32,000 nucleotides of DNA, from positions 1,710,001 to 1,742,000 of the forward strand of contig NC_002937.3 of NCBI RefSeq assembly GCF_000195755.1, written 5' to 3'. The notes under the pieces are model-generated. The model saw only the letters and a list, made by a program, of their open reading frames with translations, made no database searches and was not told the origin of the DNA. The DNA comes from Nitratidesulfovibrio vulgaris str. Hildenborough (lineage in GTDB: Bacteria; Desulfobacterota; Desulfovibrionia; Desulfovibrionales; Desulfovibrionaceae). The position numbers were made by a program, and so were the translations under genes. Shown here one piece after another: positions 15,937-25,440 of the stretch; the stretch's first letter is position 1, and every line of letters begins with the position of its first letter.

Positions 15937-16000
15937 GTTCCGGGCTAGAGGCATGCCGACTCGTCGCCCATACCTCAGCGGTTTCCAGTTGTCTTTAGGG

Positions 16001-17239
16001 CTAGCCTTCCAGTGCGGTCAGGTCGTCGTAGGTTTCGCGACGTCTGATGCTCTTTGCCGTATCGCCACGAACGAGAACTTCCGCCGCACGTGGACGTGAG
16101 TTGTATTGTGAACTCATGGAGAATCCGTAGGCACCGGCTGAAAAGACCGCCAGCAACTCTCCTTGCTCAACAGCGGGAAGAACCCGGTCGCGGGCAAGGA
16201 AATCTCCGGACTCGCAAATGGGGCCTACCACGTCGACGGTCTGTTCTGTCCGTCCATGGGGAAGCACTTCGGCGATGCGGTGATACGACGCGTATAGCGA
16301 GGGGCGAACGAGGTCGTTCATGGCGGCATCGACAATGACAAACTGCTTGCTCGGGGTCGTTTTGGTGTAGAGCACCTCTGTGACGAGGATACCGGCGTTG
16401 CCTGCAATGACACGCCCAGGCTCAAGGACGAGAGTCAGATTCAGCCCCTTGGTGCGCTCCAGTACAGCGCGTCCGAAGTCGCGCGGATGAGGGGGGGTCT
16501 CTTCGCCATAGGTGATGCCAAGCCCGCCGCCAAGGTCGAGATATGAGATGTCCAACCCCAGAATGGACAGATGCTCGCGGAATTCCAGCACCTTGTCGAG
16601 GGCTTCAAGGAAGGGGGACAGGCTCGTCAGCTGAGAGCCTATGTGGCAATCTATGCCTATGGGGTCGATATGCGGCAGGTCACGGGCGAGCATGTAGCCC
16701 TCCAGTGCCTGTGTCATCTCGATGCCGAACTTGTTCTTCTGAAGGCCCGTCGAGATGTACGGATGGGTGTGCGGGTCGACGTCGGGATTGATGCGCAGGC
16801 TGACCCGCGCCGTCGTCCCCATCGACGCCGCGACCTCTTCAATGGTGCGCAACTCTTGCAACGATTCGACATTGAACATCAGAATGTCCGCTTCGAGGGC
16901 GGAACGGATTTCATCGGGACGCTTTCCGACGCCGCTGTACACGATACGTCTGCCCGGTATCCCAGCCAGCAGCGCCCGGTGCAATTCACCACCCGAAACA
17001 ATGTCCACTCCCGCACCAAGGCTACCCAACAACTTCAGGATATGGATGTTCGAACAGGCCTTCACTGAAAAGCAGGTGAGATGCGCCGCCTTGCCGAAGG
17101 CACTGTCGAAGGCCCTGTAATGACGTTCGAGGGTACCCGCAGAGTATACATACAGCGGAGTCCCGTAGGTCGAGGCGAGATCGATGATGGAGACGTCTTC
17201 CGCAAACAGCGAGCCTTCTCGATACTGGAAGAGGTGCAT
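16001..17239 (-). CDS. lysA: Diaminopimelate decarboxylase
   Basis: Full-length PLP decarboxylase: GTPLYVYS, FSVKACSN (PLP Lys), LDLGGGLGI, CESGD. Starting at MHLFQY (17239) is preferred over 17275. Confidence 0.95.
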   Translation of the reverse strand: MHLFQYREGSLFAEDVSIIDLASTYGTPLYVYSAGTLERHYRAFDSAFGKAAHLTCFSVKACSNIHILKLLGSLGAGVDIVSGGELHRALLAGIPGRRIVYSGVGKRPDEIRSALEADILMFNVESLQELRTIEEVAASMGTTARVSLRINPDVDPHTHPYISTGLQKNKFGIEMTQALEGYMLARDLPHIDPIGIDCHIGSQLTSLSPFLEALDKVLEFREHLSILGLDISYLDLGGGLGITYGEETPPHPRDFGRAVLERTKGLNLTLVLEPGRVIAGNAGILVTEVLYTKTTPSKQFVIVDAAMNDLVRPSLYASYHRIAEVLPHGRTEQTVDVVGPICESGDFLARDRVLPAVEQGELLAVFSAGAYGFSMSSQYNSRPRAAEVLVRGDTAKSIRRRETYDDLTALEG

Positions 17240-17312
17240 GTGTCCTCCGTTCTTGGCTGTCCGGACTATGTTCAAAGCATGTCGCGTGTGCCCGCCGGAT
17301 TGGGGAAAGCAG

Positions 17313-17753
17313 CTATTTGCGCGGCATGACCACCGTCTGCACCTGTGTCAGCTGATAGGGGAATGTACGGTATACATTGCGCCCTACAAGACGCCATCTG
17401 TAGGCCGGTGCCTCGACCGTGGGGCAGTAGTCGAGGGTTATGCGGCCGGACTTTCCCTGCGCAGAGAGGTTGTCGATGGCGAATTCCTTGCGTTCGACGG
17501 GCAGGAACGGGCAGTTGGCACACTGTTCGCCCGTATCAGCGGCTTCAAGCTCAAGAACCACGCCCGCTACGTTACGAAGGTTCCCGACAAGCTGTGCGTC
17601 GATGCTGAGGCAGTCGGACTTGGCTGTCGCCTTCGCACCTGTCCAGCGGAACATCTCCCTTTCATCCTGCGGCTGGGGCAGGGCCTTCTTGCCGCAGCCC
17701 AGAGCGAGAGCAGAAAGCAACGCCAGCAATATCAGGCTATGAGCGATCTTCAC
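17313..17753 (-). CDS. Putative lipoprotein
   Basis: GTG at 17753 with GGGGGA 6 nt upstream. Signal peptide plus lipobox VKIAHSLILLALLSALALGC. It overlaps the mutS 3' end by 17 nt and lies upstream of lysA. Confidence 0.6.
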   Translation of the reverse strand: MKIAHSLILLALLSALALGCGKKALPQPQDEREMFRWTGAKATAKSDCLSIDAQLVGNLRNVAGVVLELEAADTGEQCANCPFLPVERKEFAIDNLSAQGKSGRITLDYCPTVEAPAYRWRLVGRNVYRTFPYQLTQVQTVVMPRK

Positions 17754-20454
17754 GGGTTGTCCCCCAGAGTTGTTTCCATTCAGTGATACGCTTGAGGGCT
17801 TCAAGCGGGGTCATGTCGTCAGTGTCGATGTCACGCAATGCCACAAGCAGCGGGTGCTCCACACCAGAGCATGGAGGAGGGGCGACGATGGTGTCGACCT
17901 GTTCCTGTTTCGAGGGCAGGTCGAGACCGGGCAGCGTCTGGCGAGAGGGGGCACTGTTCGTCCCTCTCGCAGCATCCCGCGTGCGCTCGAGGTCTGCCAG
18001 CAGTTCACGCGCCCGCTGTACCACGGAATGGGGCACTCCCGCTAGGCGCGCGACCTCGATGCCATAGCTCTTGTCTGCAGGGCCTGGGACAAGGCGACGC
18101 AGGAACACGATGTCGCCGTTCCATTCGCGGATGGCGATGTTCATGTTGTGCACCCCCGGAATGCGGCCTTCGAGCGACGTTATCTCATGGTAATGGGTGG
18201 CGAAGAGCGTACGGATGCCTCCCCCTGCGCGCCGGGTGAGTTCCTCAACCACAGCCCACGCAAGGGCCATGCCGTCGAAGGTGCTCGTGCCCCTGCCAAT
18301 CTCATCGAGGATGACAAGGCTTCGCTTCGAAGCCTGACGGAGGATGCGCGCCGTCTCCATCATCTCCACCATGAAGGTGCTCTGCCCCTGTGCCAGATTG
18401 TCCGAGGCCCCCACGCGCGAGAATATCCGGTCGGCAATGCCGATGGACGCTTCACGGGCGGGCACGAAAGCCCCCATCTGGGCCAGAAGGCATATGATGG
18501 CAGTCTGCCGCAGGACGGTGGACTTGCCTGCCATGTTAGGGCCGGTGATGAGCAGCAGGCGGCGCTTCTCGTCCATGCGAAGGTCGTTGGGCACGAACGA
18601 GGCTGAACCCTGCATCGCCTCGACGACGGGGTGCCGTCCTTCACGGATGACGATGTCATGGCCCGTGTGCACGTCCGGGCGCACCCAGCCGTTGCGTCGG
18701 GCCACATCGGCGAGACTCTGCCAGAAATCGAGGTGGGCGAGCATGTCCGCCATGAACAGGACACGTGGCCGTGCCTCGGCCACGGTGTCGCGCAGCGACT
18801 GGAATAACCGGTATTCCAGCGTCTTGCGTCTGTCTGTCGCGGAGACGAGCTTCTCTTCAAGCTCCTTGAGGCGTTCCGTCGTGAAACGTTCGGCGTTGGC
18901 CAGCGTCTGGCGGCGGACGAAATGCTCCGGAACGGAGTCGGCCCCGGCCCGGGAAAGCTCGAAGAAATAGCCGAACACCCTGTTGTAGCCGAGCTTGAGT
19001 TTGGGAAGCCCGCTCACCGTCTGTTCTTCGGCCAGAAGCTCCTGAAGCCTTGCTTCGCCGTGTTCCGCAAGGTCGAGCAGTTCATCAAGGTCGGGGTCGA
19101 AGCCGGGACGGAAGAGACCTCCCTCGGTGACGAGGTGCGGCGGGTTGTCGGTGAGCGCGCGTCGCAGCAGGTCGGCATAGTCGGCAAGGTCGTCCCACGC
19201 CGAGAGCATGTCCGACAGGGGTTTGGGCAGTGTGTCGCCGGAGGTCTCCGCATCGGTGGGGTATGTCCCTTCCGGGTTTGCCGGACGCTCGAGCGTCGCA
19301 CGCACAGCAGGCAAGGCGGAAAGACTCTGGCGAAGGGCGATGAAATCCTTGGGTGTGGCCCGATTGAGGAAGATGCGGGTCGAGAGACGCTCAAGGTCGT
19401 AGACGAGGTCGAGCGCGGTGCGCAAGGCTTCACGGCGGACATCGTCCTGAAACAGCCATTCCACGACCTGCTGCGTTTCACGGATGGGGCTGGCTTCACG
19501 CCATGGGTGGTGCATCCGCTCTTCGAGAAGACGGCCGCCCATCGGAGTGAGCGTCCGGTCGAGGATATGCCAGAGCGTTCCCGGCCCTTTCCGGCCATCC
19601 AGCCTATGAAAGAGTTCGAGGTTGCGCTCGGTGACTTCGTCGATGATGAGGTGGCGGCCGAGATTCAGGGGCTTGAAGGGTGCAAGATGCGAGAGTTCCT
19701 GTTTCTGGGTCTGGGCGAGGTAGGCAAGTAGCGCCGCACACGCGCGAACGAGTTCCGGTTTCCCTTCAAGGCCGAGCGAGCCGAGGTCTGCCACCCCCTG
19801 AGCGCGCATGACGCGTTCCGTGCCGCTTTTGAGGTCGAAATGCGACCGTGCCGGGACTCGCACCGTCTGCGTCGTACCCAGAGTCGCCATGGCGGGCGTG
19901 TCGACGCCCTCGGGCAGCAGAAGTTCGCGCGGGGCCATCTTCTGCGCCCACTGCCACAACTCGGCCAGTTTGCGCGAGTAGAGTCCTGACCATTCCCCGG
20001 TCGATACATCGACCCATGCGAAGGCTCCGGCTTCGGCATCCTGATTCCAGAACAGCGCCCCGAGATAGTTGTGTTCCTTGGCGTCGAGATTGGCGTCATC
20101 GATGACCGTACCGGGAGTGAGCACCCGGGTCACGGCACGCTTGACGAGGCCCTTGGCTTCCTTGGGGTCTTCTATCTGTTCGCAGATGGCGACGCGGTAG
20201 CCCTTGTCGAGAAGCTGGCTGATATACCCTTCGACGGCGTGATAGGGCACACCGCACATGGGGGCCTTGAGTTCGGCATTGGGGTTGCGGCAGGTGAGGG
20301 CTATCTGGAGTTCGCGGGCTGTGGTCTCTGCGTCGTCGAAGAAGAGTTCGTAGAAGTCGCCCATGCGATAGAAGAGCAGGGCATCAGGATAGTCCTCCTT
20401 GATGCGCAGGTACTGCTCGAACATGGGGGTCAGTTTCGGCGAAGGGTTGGTCAT
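17737..20454 (-). CDS. mutS: DNA mismatch repair protein MutS
   Basis: N-terminal TPMFEQYLRIKEDYPDALLFYRMGDFYELF. Walker A GPNMAGKST, plus STFMVEM and DEIGRGTST. Confidence 0.97.
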   Translation of the reverse strand: MTNPSPKLTPMFEQYLRIKEDYPDALLFYRMGDFYELFFDDAETTARELQIALTCRNPNAELKAPMCGVPYHAVEGYISQLLDKGYRVAICEQIEDPKEAKGLVKRAVTRVLTPGTVIDDANLDAKEHNYLGALFWNQDAEAGAFAWVDVSTGEWSGLYSRKLAELWQWAQKMAPRELLLPEGVDTPAMATLGTTQTVRVPARSHFDLKSGTERVMRAQGVADLGSLGLEGKPELVRACAALLAYLAQTQKQELSHLAPFKPLNLGRHLIIDEVTERNLELFHRLDGRKGPGTLWHILDRTLTPMGGRLLEERMHHPWREASPIRETQQVVEWLFQDDVRREALRTALDLVYDLERLSTRIFLNRATPKDFIALRQSLSALPAVRATLERPANPEGTYPTDAETSGDTLPKPLSDMLSAWDDLADYADLLRRALTDNPPHLVTEGGLFRPGFDPDLDELLDLAEHGEARLQELLAEEQTVSGLPKLKLGYNRVFGYFFELSRAGADSVPEHFVRRQTLANAERFTTERLKELEEKLVSATDRRKTLEYRLFQSLRDTVAEARPRVLFMADMLAHLDFWQSLADVARRNGWVRPDVHTGHDIVIREGRHPVVEAMQGSASFVPNDLRMDEKRRLLLITGPNMAGKSTVLRQTAIICLLAQMGAFVPAREASIGIADRIFSRVGASDNLAQGQSTFMVEMMETARILRQASKRSLVILDEIGRGTSTFDGMALAWAVVEELTRRAGGGIRTLFATHYHEITSLEGRIPGVHNMNIAIREWNGDIVFLRRLVPGPADKSYGIEVARLAGVPHSVVQRARELLADLERTRDAARGTNSAPSRQTLPGLDLPSKQEQVDTIVAPPPCSGVEHPLLVALRDIDTDDMTPLEALKRITEWKQLWGTTREDRS

Positions 20455-20617
20455 CGGAATCCGTCGGTGTGGAAGTGCAATAGGACTGAAAGCGACACAT
20501 GCGATGTGCTGCCGTCAGGCATTGTGCGGGTAGCCGTGCCCATGGAGGATGCAAGGAACCTACCCGTGGTCTGGCGGGCAGGCAATACCCTGCCGGGGCA
20601 GGGGCGGGGCGTACACC

Positions 20618-21742
20618 TCAATCCTGAAGGGATAGCCTGAATGTCGCGCTGTGCCAGCTGCGACAGCGGGGGCACAGGTAGAAGGCCTGTTCACGGCGCA
20701 GCCCGCAATTCTGGCATACGAAACGCTTCACGTGACGCGCCTGCGAGACGAAATATTCGAGCTGTCCCTTGAAGACAGGAGAAAGCTGCTGCCTGTCCAT
20801 GGAGATGCCGAGCAGTTCAAGGCGCGCGGCCCAGAAATCGGGGCGCAGTACCATGGCCTTGGCAAGCCAGTTGCCAGCCTGTTCCCGCTCGCCGCAGCGC
20901 AACAGGAAAAGAGCGCCATAGTAATGCAGCAGGAGTTCGGGCTCCTGTTCGCTGATGACCGGCAACACGCATTCGCACCGGTTCTGTTCGAATTGCTGCA
21001 CGCTGTCAGGCGCGTTCTCGGGCGGCGTTATGGCAAGGATGCCGTCGAAGACAAGAAAACGGCGGTCGGGGCTGACGCTCTGCATGGCCTCGCGAAGCAT
21101 CGACTTGGCCTTGCGCCATTCTCCGGAACGGATGTGCATTGCGATGCGGGTCGTCCACGCCTCGATGGAACCGGGGTAGACCTTGACGGCACGCGTGAGC
21201 GTCTTGACGGCTTCGGCGAATTCGCCTTGCCCGCAGAGGTCTTCTGCATGGCGGACGAGATAGTGCGCCTGGGCGGGCTTGTGCCCGACACGCCCGAATT
21301 GTTCTGCCGCCAGGTCGAAGCTGCCAGAGTCGGCGTGCAAATGGGCCAGTTCGAGGATGATGGCGTCACGTTCGGCACCGAGGCGCTGAGCTTCGTCGAA
21401 AGCCTGAAGGGCCCTGTCGACGAAACCGCCGCGCCGGTAGTCCCTGCCAAGTTCAAGGTAGGCCCGGGCGCGGAACCTGTTGTCCAGCCCGGGCCGTACG
21501 ATGAGACTGCTGCGAATCTGGACGGCCCGGTCGATGTCACCACGAAGCCGGTACAGGTTGCCGAGAGCGAGGTATATTTCCACGGCGTCCGGGTCGTTGC
21601 GCACGGCCCGGCTCAACTCCTCGATGGCGAAGAGCGCGTCGCGAGAACCGGGAGTGGATTCGGCATCCTGTGAGGCGAGGATATCGGAACGGGGCTGGAA
21701 CACAGCCTTCATCCGATCCTTGAGGTTGGCGAAAATCGACAC
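20618..21742 (-). CDS. lapB: LapB/YciM-like TPR protein with C-terminal rubredoxin-type zinc finger
   Basis: TPR repeats throughout. C-terminal CQNCGLRREQAFYLCPRCRSWHS. It lies directly downstream of a lapA-like gene. Confidence 0.78.
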   Translation of the reverse strand: MSIFANLKDRMKAVFQPRSDILASQDAESTPGSRDALFAIEELSRAVRNDPDAVEIYLALGNLYRLRGDIDRAVQIRSSLIVRPGLDNRFRARAYLELGRDYRRGGFVDRALQAFDEAQRLGAERDAIILELAHLHADSGSFDLAAEQFGRVGHKPAQAHYLVRHAEDLCGQGEFAEAVKTLTRAVKVYPGSIEAWTTRIAMHIRSGEWRKAKSMLREAMQSVSPDRRFLVFDGILAITPPENAPDSVQQFEQNRCECVLPVISEQEPELLLHYYGALFLLRCGEREQAGNWLAKAMVLRPDFWAARLELLGISMDRQQLSPVFKGQLEYFVSQARHVKRFVCQNCGLRREQAFYLCPRCRSWHSATFRLSLQD

Positions 21743-21756
21743 GAGGCCCTCCGGCG

Positions 21757-22128
21757 TTACTTGTCGGTCTTGGCTTCGGCTGCCGCAGCGACAGGGGCGG
21801 ATTCGGCGCGGGGTGCCTCTTTGAGGGGCAGGGTGCGCAGGGAGTTCACTTCCTTTTCAAGGGTGCGGACGCGCTTGTTGGCCTTGCGAAGATTGTTGGC
21901 AAGGCGAAGACGGTCGTAGACCAGTACGAACAGCGTACACAGCGCACCCAGGAGAAATGCTGCCAGAATCATGAAATAGAAGGGCAGCGGAATGGAACTC
22001 CACGCCGGGTTCAGGAAAAAGTCGAGCTTGAGCGTGACGGTCTGTTGCAGGACTTCATTGTTCTGCACAAAGAACATCATCGTGATGAAAAAGATCAGAA
22101 CCGAAACCAGAACCTTGATGTAACGCAT
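21757..22128 (-). CDS. lapA: LapA/YciS-like (DUF1049) inner membrane protein
   Basis: MRYIKVLVSVLIFFITMMFFVQN plus a second TM and a coiled C-terminal tail. GAGGAGGA precedes the ATG at 22128. Lies upstream of lapB, as in E. coli. Confidence 0.7.
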   Translation of the reverse strand: MRYIKVLVSVLIFFITMMFFVQNNEVLQQTVTLKLDFFLNPAWSSIPLPFYFMILAAFLLGALCTLFVLVYDRLRLANNLRKANKRVRTLEKEVNSLRTLPLKEAPRAESAPVAAAAEAKTDK

Positions 22129-22138
22129 GCAGTCCTCC

Positions 22139-22639
22139 TCATGCATCCCCGTCCGCGGCGAGACGGTCGAAGTGGGGTTTAAGGGCCTTGTATGTCGATG
22201 AAAGGTGCTCGGGTATGACACGGGTTTCGTTCATGACTGCCATGAACGAAGAGTCGCCGTTCCAGCGGGGGACGAGGTGAAAATGCAGGTGTTCCCGGAT
22301 GCCGGCCCCCGCGGCTTCACCGAGGTTCAAGCCGACATTGATGCCCTGCGGGTTGAAGCGCCCCTTGAGGATGCGCACGCATGACTGGATGAGGTCCATG
22401 CATTCGTGTGCCTCTTCGGGGGCGAGTGCGGCAAGGTCCATCACATGCCTGTAGGGGGTGACCATGAGATGCCCGTTGTTGTAGGGGAACTTGTTCATGA
22501 TCACGAAGTTGTACCTGCCCCTGTACAGAATGAGCCGTGCCTCGTCCTCGCCGGTATGTTCCGGGAGGCAGAATACGCAGCTGTCGGGTTTGGGGCCGAG
22601 AATATAGTCGATACGCCAAGGGGCCCAGAGCGTTTCCAT
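22139..22639 (-). CDS. HIT (histidine triad) family nucleotide hydrolase/transferase
   Basis: Histidine triad HLHFHLVPR and NKFPYNNGHLMV. Starting at METLWAPWR is preferred over the longer ORF. Confidence 0.88.
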   Translation of the reverse strand: METLWAPWRIDYILGPKPDSCVFCLPEHTGEDEARLILYRGRYNFVIMNKFPYNNGHLMVTPYRHVMDLAALAPEEAHECMDLIQSCVRILKGRFNPQGINVGLNLGEAAGAGIREHLHFHLVPRWNGDSSFMAVMNETRVIPEHLSSTYKALKPHFDRLAADGDA

Positions 22640-22725
22640 GAAAGCGAATCCTCTGATCGCCATGTTTCGCGGTGCCCTTGGCGGGCTGGCGCAACATGCC
22701 GTTTTCGTGGTGTATTCACGCTGGT

Positions 22726-25440
22726 CTACACGGAGCGCCCGACTTGGGCAACCCCCTCTTCCATCGCCTGAGCCAATTCGCCCTGCACAAGGGTGTAGGC
22801 ACACTCCAGCTGCACCGTACGTGTGGGTGCGTGCCCGTCGAGTTTGGCGGCCAGCACATGCTGCAACACACGCCCGTATGCGGGGCCGGGGGGGAGGCCC
22901 ATGGCACGCAGGTCATCACCGTTGATATCGAGCTTCTCATGCTGGAGTCTGGTCAGAAACTGCGAGACATGTCGACGCAAATCTTCGCTCTTCGACCGGG
23001 CCATCATATGGAGCACGCCTTCAAGGGCCAATGGTTTGAGCAGTGCGTACAGTTCGCTTAGGGGGCCTTCCTCGCGCATCCACTTTTCCACCTTAGGGCC
23101 GGTGCTGCGCAACGTTTCGCGGGTGGAGAGGAACGCATTGCGGGCAGACGGCGGCAGGGCCAGCCGATCAGCGATGGACGCCGATTCCTTGTATTTCATG
23201 TTCAGGCACAGGGCCAGCAGATAGATGAGCCAGCGCTGGGGTTCTTCATCAAGGTAGAGCAAACGGTACCAGTTGAGAACCTGTTCCGTCGATTCGAGCA
23301 GGTTCGTCCTGGAGGGCGTAAGCTTGAAAAGAGGATGGATGGCCTCGAGAACGCCGAAATGCTCCAGACGGGCCAGACACTCCACGGGAGCCTGCTCTTC
23401 GAGAATGAGACGCAGCTCATGAAAGATGCGCGGGCCCGACAGGCGCCCCATGAGACCGAGGCCGAGGGCGTTCTTGATGAGGCGTTGCGTCTGCGGGCCG
23501 ATGGAGAAGTCGTAGCGAACGGCGAAGCGGACGGCGCGGAGGATGCGGGTGGGGTCTTCGACGAAACTCAACGAGTGGAGCACCCGTATGCCCTTGTCCT
23601 TCATGTCGCGTTGCGAGCCGAAGAAGTCGACCAGCCTGCCGAACTGTGCGCCATCCAGCTGGACAGCGAGCGCGTTGATGGTGAAATCGCGCCTGAAAAG
23701 GTCCATTTTGATCGACGACAGTTCCACGGTGGGCAACGCCGCCGGATACTCGTAGTATTCGAGTCTTGCCGTGGCCACGTCTACACGCTGCTCTGCGCCG
23801 TTTTCATCGGTGAAGATCACAAGGGCGGTCTTGAATTTGGCATGTTCACGCAACCTGCCGCCGACTTCGGCGGCGAAGACGCGGGCGAATGCTACACCAT
23901 CACCTTCGATGACAAGGTCGAGGTCGTAATTCGGCCTGTCGAGCAGAAGGTCACGCACGAAGCCCCCCACGGCATACACGCTGACCCCGAGCCGTTCGCC
24001 GAGGCGCCCGGCCCGCTGCAACAGGGCGAGTAGGGAAGGGGGCAGCTTCTCCGCGATCAACGGGGCGATGTTACGTTCCTTGCGGCTTTCCGGAAGCAGC
24101 GCCTCGGGAATGCGCGCAGGTTCGTCGACAATGGCGTTGATGAGGTCGGTACGCGTGACGACCCCCACGACATTGTCGTCTTCGACCACCGGGACCAGCC
24201 GCTGCCGATGGCCTACGATGATATCCATCACCTCTTGCAGTGCCGTATCCCGTCCGACGACGCGAACCTTGCGCTGCATGTATTCGGTGACGGGCATGTC
24301 GCCGAGGCCGTGTGTGAGGGCGCGGGTGGCCGTCTGGTATTCGAGGTACCCCACGCACGCTCTGGTGCCCGAGGCGAAGACGGGCACGGCCTTGAGTCCG
24401 AAGCGGTTCATGACCTCTTCGGCGTCGCGGATGCTGCGGTCCTCTTCGACACCGACCACGGGGGCAGACATGAGGTCGCGCGCGCTGACCTCCGGGTTGA
24501 TGGCGAGGTAGAGCAGGCCGAACAATTCATCCCGCACCTCCTGCGGCGTCTTGTCCTTGACCGAGGCAGACGCGGCGTAGGCATGACCGCCGCCCCCCAG
24601 GGCCTTGCAGATGGCACCCACATCCACATCGGGCAATCGGCTGCGGGCCACGACCTGCACCCTGTCACCCATGCGTGCGAGAGTGAAGAGCACCTTGATG
24701 CTCTCCATGTCCATCATCTTGTGCGCGAGGACGGCGAAGTCGCCCATATACGCATCCATCGACGCCTCGGCGATGACGACGGGAATGCCGCGGATTTCGT
24801 GCGTGGTCGCCGTCTCCAGAAGGGTGTTGAGCGTCTGCACCTGTTCGCTGGTGAGGTTGCGGGTGATGAGCTCGGCGATGGTGTTGAGTTCCATGCCCTG
24901 TTCACGCAACCATGCCGCAGCGGAAAAATCGTGGGGTGTCGTGGAGTTGAACGTGAACGACCCAGTGTCTTCGTAGATGCCGAGGCCCAGCATGGTGGCC
25001 TCGTCTTCGGTGAGCGAGATGCCCCGTTCCCGGAGTTCGTGCACGATGATGCTCGTCGTCGCGCCCCATGACAGGACGCGGCTGAACGTGGCAGGCAGGT
25101 CGTCGTCGGTGTCGGGGTGGTGGTCCCACAGGTGGATTTCGAGACCGGGGTTGTCGAGGGCCGCTTCGACATGGGGAATGCGTGAACGTTGTCGCGTATC
25201 CACGACGACAAGAAGACGGACGGTGGCAAGGTCGATGTCGCGTGCCTGCCTGACGCCGAACATGTACGTGGCGCTTTCGATGAAGAAATTACGCAGATTG
25301 CGTTCCTGCGCCCCCGGAAAGACGAGCACCGCGTCGGGGTAGAGTCGCCCCGCCGCGACGATGGCGGCAAGCGCGTCGAAATCGGCATTGGCGTGGGCCG
25401 TGATGAGTGTGGGGGCGGCTATGCGTGGGGATTGGCTCAT
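22726..25440 (-). CDS. Multidomain DHH-DHHA1 / tandem CBS / polyA-polymerase-type tRNA nucleotidyltransferase (CCA-adding family)
   Basis: N-terminal AHANADFDAL, VVVDT and WDHHPD (DHH). GGGHAYAASA (DHHA1). Two CBS-like segments. Then VYAVGGFVRDLLLDRPNYDLDLVIEGD plus RRDFTINAL (nucleotidyltransferase head). Confidence 0.85.
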   Translation of the reverse strand: MSQSPRIAAPTLITAHANADFDALAAIVAAGRLYPDAVLVFPGAQERNLRNFFIESATYMFGVRQARDIDLATVRLLVVVDTRQRSRIPHVEAALDNPGLEIHLWDHHPDTDDDLPATFSRVLSWGATTSIIVHELRERGISLTEDEATMLGLGIYEDTGSFTFNSTTPHDFSAAAWLREQGMELNTIAELITRNLTSEQVQTLNTLLETATTHEIRGIPVVIAEASMDAYMGDFAVLAHKMMDMESIKVLFTLARMGDRVQVVARSRLPDVDVGAICKALGGGGHAYAASASVKDKTPQEVRDELFGLLYLAINPEVSARDLMSAPVVGVEEDRSIRDAEEVMNRFGLKAVPVFASGTRACVGYLEYQTATRALTHGLGDMPVTEYMQRKVRVVGRDTALQEVMDIIVGHRQRLVPVVEDDNVVGVVTRTDLINAIVDEPARIPEALLPESRKERNIAPLIAEKLPPSLLALLQRAGRLGERLGVSVYAVGGFVRDLLLDRPNYDLDLVIEGDGVAFARVFAAEVGGRLREHAKFKTALVIFTDENGAEQRVDVATARLEYYEYPAALPTVELSSIKMDLFRRDFTINALAVQLDGAQFGRLVDFFGSQRDMKDKGIRVLHSLSFVEDPTRILRAVRFAVRYDFSIGPQTQRLIKNALGLGLMGRLSGPRIFHELRLILEEQAPVECLARLEHFGVLEAIHPLFKLTPSRTNLLESTEQVLNWYRLLYLDEEPQRWLIYLLALCLNMKYKESASIADRLALPPSARNAFLSTRETLRSTGPKVEKWMREEGPLSELYALLKPLALEGVLHMMARSKSEDLRRHVSQFLTRLQHEKLDINGDDLRAMGLPPGPAYGRVLQHVLAAKLDGHAPTRTVQLECAYTLVQGELAQAMEEGVAQVGRSV

